DNA from: Octopus bimaculoides
Lineage: Eukaryota
Reading direction: 5' to 3'
DNA length: 59,136 nt
Assembly (NCBI RefSeq): GCF_001194135.2
Contig: NC_068986.1
Coordinates: 58,494,445-58,553,580 of the forward strand
Shown here: in pieces, positions 50,923 through 59,136 of the stretch
Position numbering within the stretch: the stretch's first letter is position 1
Layout of the letters: every line of letters starts with the position of its first letter
Translations under genes and position numbers: made by a program
The notes under the pieces: generated by a model
Told to the model about the DNA's origin: nothing
Database searches by the model: none
What the model saw: the letters and a program-made list of their open reading frames with translations, nothing else

Positions 50923-53469
50923 TTTTATTTTTGCATACGTGGATTTTATATTGCATACGTGGATCTTTGTAACCTATAAAGAAAAATTATGATAGTTGTT
51001 GCATGCTGTGAATGGTCACGTTTCATAGGAAGACACTTACAAAGTACGATCTTCCAGCATTATTTCAGATGTTTTTTGTTTTGTTTTTTGGAGGGAAGGG
51101 GTGCGCTTTAATTTTTTNNNNNNNNNNAATAGTATTGTAAACATGGTCTGTCCTTGGCGATTTTATGGAGTTCATATATTTTTCAAACATCCTTTTTATT
51201 TGTTTATTCGTGGTTCATATTGTAAACTGCCCTTGTAATGAAAGAAGACGTTAACCACAAAGGTGTGGCTAACAAAACTCCGGAAAAACACTACACATTT
51301 TCGAAAATACCTAAGAAAACTTAAAAAGTAAAGATAGTAATAAAAAGGAAAAAAGAAAGACATTAAAATTAAATAAATAGGTACAGCTATAAATACAGAT
51401 AGACACCATTTCATAAGCATAAAAGAAAAAGAAAAACGAAAACGCAAACTTAAATTGTAAATAAAAAAGCAATAACGGCAACAACGGTATCAGCGCACCC
51501 TTTTCTAGATTTGCATGCCAAAAAGAACTCATAGTCGTCTGTCATCAACAGGCAAAGAAAAAGCTTACAAGGGATATTCACAAAGGAGAGTGCGTCCTTG
51601 CTCGAAGATTTTACTCAAGAGTGGACGATGGGAAGCCATGATATACCACAGTTTTTCAAAAGTGTGGATTGCTATATTTTCTCTTTAATATAAAATAGAA
51701 ATCTCTGTATTCAGACTAAGAATAAGACAAATAAATGCCGGCAAGAGACGACAAGCAACTGTCACATCCTATTGTATATGAAGTGATAGAGGATCGAGAA
51801 GGTTGGACACCGACGAGGTAAGTAGGAAAAAAAGACACAAAAAAAAAATGAGAATCGGCCCAGATTAAAAGCCGGTACAAGGATGGAAGTCCTTCCCAAA
51901 AAGTGGCCCAAATACCAGGACTGTCTTAATTTCGTGGTACACTGGACAAGTTGTAGCCTTACAGTCTGCTGAAAAATAGAAAAGTGAACAAGAAAAATAA
52001 ATGTGATGATTGCGGAAACGATGCAGTGGAAACTCAGAAGCTAACAGATGAGAAATGATTGCTAAAATATCGTCAGCGATATATCGGCAGCTAAGGGGCA
52101 CATCTTGAAAAATATGGTGGACTTCGTGAGAAAGACTGGAGGCTCCACTTTGGAGAAGAGGATCGTAGTTGTAGATATGATCTGACGTAATGGGCGGGTT
52201 CTCTGTTGGTAGTTTGTCTTTTCGTGACCGTGTAAATGTGTCTATACACTAAATGTTGCACTACATCCTATTATATGCCCCGTATATTTTGTACACGTTT
52301 GGTGTGACACTGTTGGTAATGTATGCTAGAGCCCTAGTGGCTAATATGTGTATATAATACGTATATATTAAATATAATTACTAAGGAAAACGAATTGTTT
52401 CGAACTAGAACAGAAATTTGGATTGAAAAAGTATTCGCGTATATATATATATATATATATATATATNNNNNNNNNNNNNNNNNNNNNNNNNNNNNNNNNN
52501 NNNNNNNNNNNNNNNNNNNNNNNNNNNNNNNNNNNNNNNNNNNNNNNNNNNNNNNNNNNNNNNNNNNNNNNNNNNNNNNNNNNNNNNNNNNNNNNNNNNN
52601 NNNNNNNNNNNNNNNNNNNNNNNNNNNNNNNNNNNNNNNNNNNNNNNNNNNNNNNNNNNNNNNNNNNNNNNNNNNNNNNNNNNNNNNNNNNNNNNNNNNN
52701 NNNNNNNNNNNNNNNNNNNNNNNNNNNNNNNNNNNNNNNNNNNNNNNNNNNNNNNNNNNNNNNNNNNNNNNNNNNNNNNNNNNNNNNNNNNNNNNNNNNN
52801 NNNNNNNNNNNNNNNNNNNNNNNNNNNNNNNNNNNNNNNNNNNNNNNNNNNNNNNNNNNNNNNNNNNNNNNNNNNNNNNNNNNNNNNNNNNNNNNNNNNN
52901 NNNNNNNNNNNNNNNNNNNNNNNNNNNNNNNNNNNNNNNNNNNNNNNNNNNNNNNNNNNNNNNNNNNNNNNNNNNNNNNNNNNNNNNNNNNNNNNNNNNN
53001 NNNNNNNNNNNNNNNNNNNNNNNNNNNNNNAGATAATTTGACAAAACAGTTACAGACGTATAAAAATACAAAAAAAAACGTGTATTTGTGGCCAATAATG
53101 AGACAGAAATTTTCTGCGTTGTAGCGGCGTCAACTTTAAGGTTGTACCCTGTGAAATTTATAGTTTAGCATCTGTGAAATGACCTGTTCATTATAGGTTT
53201 CTAAATAAAGATAAATACCTAATAAAGTCAACATATATCATCTTACTTTTTTTGTTTCTCCATTGATTTCTATAGTGTTTTGTATGTTTTTATTATTCTT
53301 TAAAATTTGTTATATTAATATATTAGCCTTTATGTATTTGTTCCAGTCGTTTTTACAGTTGTATTTCATGAAGTCATTGATTTCTACATACAGAATCAAT
53401 ATGGGTTGGGTATTTCAGTATTATGTATACCTGTCATGTATTCGTGTACATCATTAATATATATGTGCA

Positions 53470-53712
53470 TGTGGAACATCCTTTCTTGAAAGAGATAAGT
53501 ACTGCTGTCAAAAAACCTTTCAATGGTAAAGCTCATGGACAAGACGATATTCCCATAGAGGTGTACAAGCATGGTAGCATACAACTTGTTAGTAAGCTTT
53601 GCAAATTGATCTGTTTGATCTGGCAAACTGGATCTGTTCTCCAGCAGTTCAAAGATGCATCAATAATGCACTTCTACAAAAACAAAGGGAAGAAGAGTGT
53701 ATGTGATAATCG
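53470..53712 (+). pseudogene. RTE-clade LINE fragment (RT N-terminus)
   Basis: EISTAVKKPFNGKAHGQDDIPIEVYKHG..KLCKLICLIWQTGSVLQQFKDASIMHFYKNKGKKSVCDNR resembles the KAPGxDxIPAE..VPQxFKDA..KGxKxxCxNxR pattern. Confidence 0.88.
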
Positions 53713-53789
53713 CCTTATCCAATAGAAGAATAAAGATAATCAAAAAGAATGGAGAAATATGTTGTTATTGGCAAGCTATTTTAGTGTAA

Positions 53790-53876
53790 TTTATTTTACT
53801 GATACCTGTTGGATTAAAGGTAAAACTGACTTTCGTGGGATTTGAACTCAGAATGCAGAGGAACATAACTAAATTA
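53790..53876 (-). mobile_element. SINE family A-related fragment
   Basis: 'attaaaggtaaaactgactttcgtgggatttgaactcagaatg'. Confidence 0.5.
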
Positions 53877-54733
53877 CATGGAAAAATGCGAGCAAGGGAA
53901 ATAATATTCATAACATTATAAACCTGGAAATGTACAGGGCAAGTTATTACACTTGGAAAAGCTCAAGACAATTTATTACATCTAGTAAAGTACAGAACAA
54001 GAAAATTTTTACTTAAAATATAGCAACTAAGGATAAAATTTCAAATAAAATATTTAGATTTAGAAAATATTAGCTTTTATTACAAGTTATTACTTCCATT
54101 TGCTATTACTTGTTACTTCTATTAGAAATATAAAATAGCTCAAAATATTTTTTGCACTTTAAAACATTCATTTTTAAAAATTATTAATTAATAATCAGAA
54201 ATTCGAAAATAGGTTATAAAAATAATTGTAGTACATAATTACTTAGTACAATAAATATAGTAATACAAAAATTAGTTATATATTACAGTAGAATTTACCT
54301 ATAACAACAAATTCACAGTAAAATTTTCTTGAGTTATTGCCAAGTCTTCCCATTTTTAATCTTGAGCCAATGCCTATTTTTTACATAATGAATTTTCCTA
54401 CCATATATACTATTCTGCTATGCATAAAACTTTAGCTATATTGGTACTTCTGGCTTTCCTTTTATAAGTATTCTAGTGTGTCAATATTTTAACAAAGTGA
54501 GAGGGGAAGGAGACTATTTTAATTATAATTTCACTTTGTATATTAAAATTTTAAAAAATTTGATATTCAAATGTTATCCTTAGCAGCAATATTTTAAGTA
54601 AAAAATGTTTTGTTCTGTACTTTACCAGATGTAATAAGTTGTCCTGAACTTTTCCAAATGTAATAACTTGTCTTGTAATTTTACAGGTTTATAATCTTAA
54701 GAATATTATTTATCTTGCTCGCATTTTTCTATG
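53877..54733. mobile_element. AT-rich fold-back element, ~860 bp with ~170-bp TIRs
   Basis: gaaaaatgcgagcaag..attataaacctg..caagttattaca.ttggaaaag.tca.gacaa.ttattacatct.gtaaagtacagaacaa..ttacttaaaatat is mirrored at about 54560-54733. Confidence 0.85.
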
Positions 54734-55989
54734 CTATTATGCTAATTAATAATGTGTCAAACTTGTCAATTAGCGGTATCGTTGATAATTTTTTTCCTTA
54801 CCTCAGTGACGCCGGTGACATATATAAAAGTCACCTTATAGAACAATATTCATAAAAAAGTATAGAACTATATTATCACCCTCAAATTTGAGAAACAAAC
54901 ACTCATAACTGTTTCTTTTAAAACTTCACTGCATGAGATTGATACATTGAAATTCCTCGAATTAAGGTCTCTCATTTAAGCTTAATTAAAATATAGTTTG
55001 TGTTTAAAATAAAAATGAAGTGTGATTATACTTAAATCCAAGTTTTTGCCTTATATTTTTTTCATATTTTACCTCACAACTTTTTTATGCAAATTTTTGT
55101 TGCATGGGACCAAAACTATAAAATTCTTCACGCTTTCTTCTATCATTGAAGCTAAGATAGATATATTTTGGTTTTAAAATTTTAAAAATATTAAGATCTA
55201 AACTTGACTGGTGGCGTAACTTACTCTCCTATGACGTTGCTACAAATTTATATGTAAACATTTTTCTACTCGATCAAATCTCAATTTCCCCATGCCAAAA
55301 TGTAGCTAGGGACCAGTCCTCTTCAAAAATGTTAACATTTTTAAATTTGGTTAAGAACTAAAATAGCGACAAGCTCTGAAAAATGCTGCGTATGAGTAAA
55401 TTGCAGCGTTAAGAATATTATTCAACTACTGCCGTAGTTGAATGATTGAACAGAGTATTTAGTCTGGCACTCCATCCGTTCTGGACAGAATTTTTGGAAC
55501 AACAGTCCTTCAAAGTTCCATACCTCACGGAAAACGAAAAGTGAGGTGATCAAGTTTCTTTCATTTTGTTTTGAATCCTTTTTTGTTTCATATAATGGAA
55601 AATTTCCTCAAAGATTCAGTCTTTCACATCCCACCCCTCAATTCTGTGCCCTTTTCCCCCTTCCGTGTCATCTAGGAAATAACTATTCTTATTTATTCTG
55701 CCAGCTTCAGCTCCACAGAGTTTTTTTTTATTTCTACCTTAGCTGGACCCAAACCTACCAATTACATTAAATGCTCACCACATGTACAGCTTTACCTCTA
55801 GATCTCAGGCAGGAGTGGGGGAGGGGCACATGACCAGGTGATTAACAAGTTCACTTCATAATCCTGACATGTGAGTGTTGCGTTCAATCCAACCCTAAGT
55901 ATTTTTAACCTAGTTTGGTTTGATTTTTTTCATCTTCTATTGGGTCTTAAAGAAGTGCCCATGCCCTTCACGGACCATCTAGATGAGTG

Positions 55990-56330
55990 AGGTTAATGAT
56001 TAATGCCATTGATGTTCTTTGTGAACCTTTCTAAATCAACTCCTGTGGGAAAGTCACGAACAGGTGGGATTTCCAGAGGGGAGCTATTTTGGGAAGGAAG
56101 GACTGAGAATAGTGATAAATGTGAGGCCTTGTAGGTGAGGGAGGGTGGACATAAGAGAGATGATGAGAAGAGAAGAGGAAAGTGGGATGGGAAAGTTTGA
56201 GAGGAGGTGAGGTGAGCTCAGCTAGCTGCAAGGAGCAGCAGCCATTTAGTAGCTGTAGAAATGACAGAGAGAGGGTACACAATGTCTGGGCATCAGAGGC
56301 TGGAGCACGTCTGTGAGTGACTTAATAGTT
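55990..56330 (-). pseudogene. CR1/L2-like LINE 3' end fragment
   Basis: LSFLQLLNGCCSLQLAELTSPP..HHLSYVHPP..HYSQSFLPKIAPLWKS..VTFP fits a YxxSFFPxTxxLWNSLPxxVFP-type C-terminus. Confidence 0.7.
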
Positions 56331-57332
56331 AGTCTGTCAAGTGGCCAAAGCATTGGTAGTAAAACTGGTTAAATAGAAACTGTGTGGAACCCTGTCAAAT
56401 GAAGTACAACTAACTTAAAGAGCCAACCTAGTCTCACATCAAATATGCAACCAATAAGGGCGAATGCGGCCCACAGCTCCCTGTCAATTAAATTATTCAT
56501 TTGCTTATTTAGTTTAATTTTGTTGTGATCTTTCACAATTTATTCAGCGAATGGTGTATTTTTCTTAATAGTTGAAATTCTGGCTATGTCCATCATGTGT
56601 CACATTGATTCTGTCCCAGAATTACATTAAGGCCACATATATCTATGGAATATTCAGCCAAATTATACTATAATTAGATCCTGCACCTGTAATCAAAAGG
56701 CCTAGCCATGTCACACTGGGTTGTACTGATTCTACTTATGGATCATGTTGTGGGTACATGTGTGCCGTGGTATACTCAGCCAGTTATATGTTCCTATAAT
56801 GTCTTTCTTTTGTTAAGGATAACCACCCTTTTCTTGCAAATGATTTACTGGATCCGCCTCTGTTTTGAAAATCGCCTTCAGAGTCGTACAATTAAATGGC
56901 TTGAATGTGGATGCGGCCATTCCAAGCAAAAGTAAAAACAGAAAAACACAGAAAGAGTAAACAGAGATAAACTTCACGAAATATATGTAAAATATGTATG
57001 AAAAATATTTGAAATATATGTAAAATATTAAGACAAGTGACGAAAAATATCTCCAATAATAAAAAACCCCAGTGATATACAGAAACAAAATGTGCGGGTG
57101 AAGTGAATCTCGTAGTGGGAAAAATCAACACAACGTGCGGTTGTCACGGTAACTAGCTGCTAATGTCTCACTGTGTGCTGATTGGCTAAAATTACCTAAA
57201 TTTTCCAAATTTTAACTCCAAATAACATCAGATTCGTTTCTTTACGAGATAAGGTAATTAGTTCAGCGTAATCACCATTCAGAATTGCATCTATATAACA
57301 AATTTGGAAAAAAATCTAAGCAAATTTAAAAG

Positions 57333-57485
57333 GGCCTTGTGTGGTAAGAAGCTTGTTTCCCAACCACATGGTTCCGGGTTCAGTCCCACTGCGTGGTACC
57401 TTAGGCAAGTGTCTTCTTCTGTAGCCTCAGGCCGACCAAAACCTTGTGAGTGGATTTGGTAGACGGAAACTGAAAGAAGCCCGTC

Positions 57486-57487
<2 letters not shown>
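57333..57487 (+). mobile_element. OR2-like (CORE-type) SINE, well preserved
   Basis: A-box-like gtgtggtaag, B-box ggttcagtccc, CORE-like ccttaggcaagtgtctt, 3' gagtggatttggtagacggaaactgaaagaagcccgtcg and a (TA)n tail. Confidence 0.85.
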
Positions 57488-57521
<34 letters not shown>

Positions 57522-58264
57522 ACATACATATATATATATANNNNNNNNNNNNNNNNNNNNNNNNNNNNNNNNNNNNNNNNNNNNNNNNNNNNNNNNNNNN
57601 NNNNNNNNNNNNNNNNNNNNNNNNNNNNNNNNNNNNNNNNNNNNNNNNNNNNNNNNNNNNNNNNNNNNNNNNNNNNNNNNNNNNNNNNNNNNNNNNNNNN
57701 NNNNNNNNNNNNNNNNNNNNNNNNNNNNNNNNNNNNNNNNNNNNNNNNNNNNNNNNNNNNNNNNNNNNNNNNNNNNNNNNNNNNNNNNNNNNNNNNNNNN
57801 NNNNNNNNNNNNNNNNNNNNNNNNNNNNNNNNNNNNNNNNNNNNNNNNNNNNNNNNNNNNNNNNNNNNNNNNNNNNNNNNNNNNNNNNNNNNNNNNNNNN
57901 NNNNNNNNNNNNNNNNNNNNNNNNNNNNNNNNNNNNNNNNNNNNNNNNNNNNNNNNNNNNNNNNNNNNNNNNNNNNNNNNNNNNNNNNNNNNNNNNNNNN
58001 NNNNNNNNNNNNNNNNNNNNNNNNNNTATATATATGTGTGTGTGTGTGTATACGCCTACATACATAAGTATGTATTTATACGTAAGTTGAAATAAATATA
58101 TTTTTATTCATGAATGAGCTGGCGCGCATGTAAGTGTGTACACATCAATGACCCTCAGCAATAGGTTTCTCTTGCAATTATTGAACAGATGACCAAGTCA
58201 GAAACAAGTTGCTAAGAAGTATAGAGAAGGTTCTTTTGTATGTTCCCAGAAACACCAAGAGAAA

Positions 58265-58289
58265 AAGAAATGGGTAAAGAAACACATAG

Positions 58290-58326
<37 letters not shown>

Positions 58327-58445
58327 CAGGCAAGTAGGCAGGTAGGCAGGCAGACAGGTAGGCAGGCAAGCAGACATGCAGACAGAGAGACAGAGACAGA
58401 CAGACAGAGAGACAGAGACAGACAGACAGACAGACAGGCACACAG
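58265..58445. repeat. (GA)/(GGCA)/(GACA) compound microsatellite
   Basis: Direct repeats. Confidence 0.9.
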
Positions 58446-58694
58446 AAAGTCAGCGGGAGAGAGAGTGTATGAGCATACGCAAGAAAGAAACAAAGCATAT
58501 GTGAACAGCAGACGGAGCTGTCGAAGGGGTGGAGAAATGGAAACGGTGTGTAGTGTCTAGACATATCAAAGTCTTACAGCCACTGAACAATTAGGACATT
58601 TATACAAATCACTTTGTTACTAAAAAATATGTATCTATACTTTTTATATAAATAGTAGTAGAATCAATGTATCCCAAATTCTATGGATAATCGA

Positions 58695-58726
<32 letters not shown>

Positions 58727-58761
58727 ATCTNNNNNNNNNNCTCTCTCTCGCTCTCTCTCTT

Positions 58762-58810
<49 letters not shown>

Positions 58811-58854
58811 TTCTCTGTCTTTCTGTCTATCTATCTACCTACCTACCTACCTAC

Positions 58855-58902
<48 letters not shown>
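58695..58902. repeat. (CT)n/(TATC)n/(TACC)n compound microsatellite
   Basis: Direct repeats. Confidence 0.95.
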
Positions 58903-58903
<1 letters not shown>

Positions 58904-59136
58904 GGTCTCTGGTGGATGAACAGGGGTGTACACTGCTCGAGCCAAGCAAAATGTTTGAGGCCTTTCAGCGGCACTTTGCTCGACTGTTAGGGACGAGTGG
59001 CGAGCGAGAACGCAGGGTAGACTTCAGTGCCTACCTGCACAGCCTGCCACGACTCTCGGCAAGAGAGGCAGAGTGCTGCGAAGGTGCCATCACGGCGGCG
59101 GAAGTGAGGGACGCGATGGCTGGATGCTCGAGGGAC
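58903..59136 (+). mobile_element. Tx1/L1-like LINE ORF2 fragment (linker just before the RT), running off the window
   Basis: Stop-free GC-rich frame [64 protein letters not shown]; the LPxLS....LExxITxxEVxxA pattern normally precedes KSPGxDG. Confidence 0.8.

Noticed and set aside
51870-52190. Possible degenerate Tx1/L1 ORF2 C-terminus
   Set aside because: Many stops and no diagnostic motif.

Overview
Repeat-saturated animal genomic DNA, probably intergenic or deep intronic. The SINE families, microsatellite load and gap pattern resemble an octopus (coleoid cephalopod) draft assembly; this is inference, not a database match. About 21 N-gaps (roughly 6.4 kb, ~11%) sit mostly inside (AT)n, (CA)n or (GA)n tracts, and most listed ORFs are artefacts of these repeats and gaps. 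No host protein-coding gene can be supported. Recognisable content: two mariner copies of one family, a Tc1/mariner-superfamily relic, three Penelope-like element (PLE) relics, a ~3 kb R4/Dong LINE relic between (TAA)n tracts, CR1/L2-like, RTE-like and Tx1/L1-like LINE fragments, several SINE families and three fold-back non-autonomous DNA elements. The most interesting signal is a set of minimal type I hammerhead-ribozyme-like motifs with very short, mostly palindromic stem III. They lie at PLE ends and in short (TA)n-flanked non-coding elements. Their cores differ: canonical C3-G8, swapped G3-C8, U3-A8 and an A6U variant. PLE-associated hammerheads are a known class; whether these particular variants are undescribed or active cannot be decided from sequence alone. 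All alignments and folds were done by eye.
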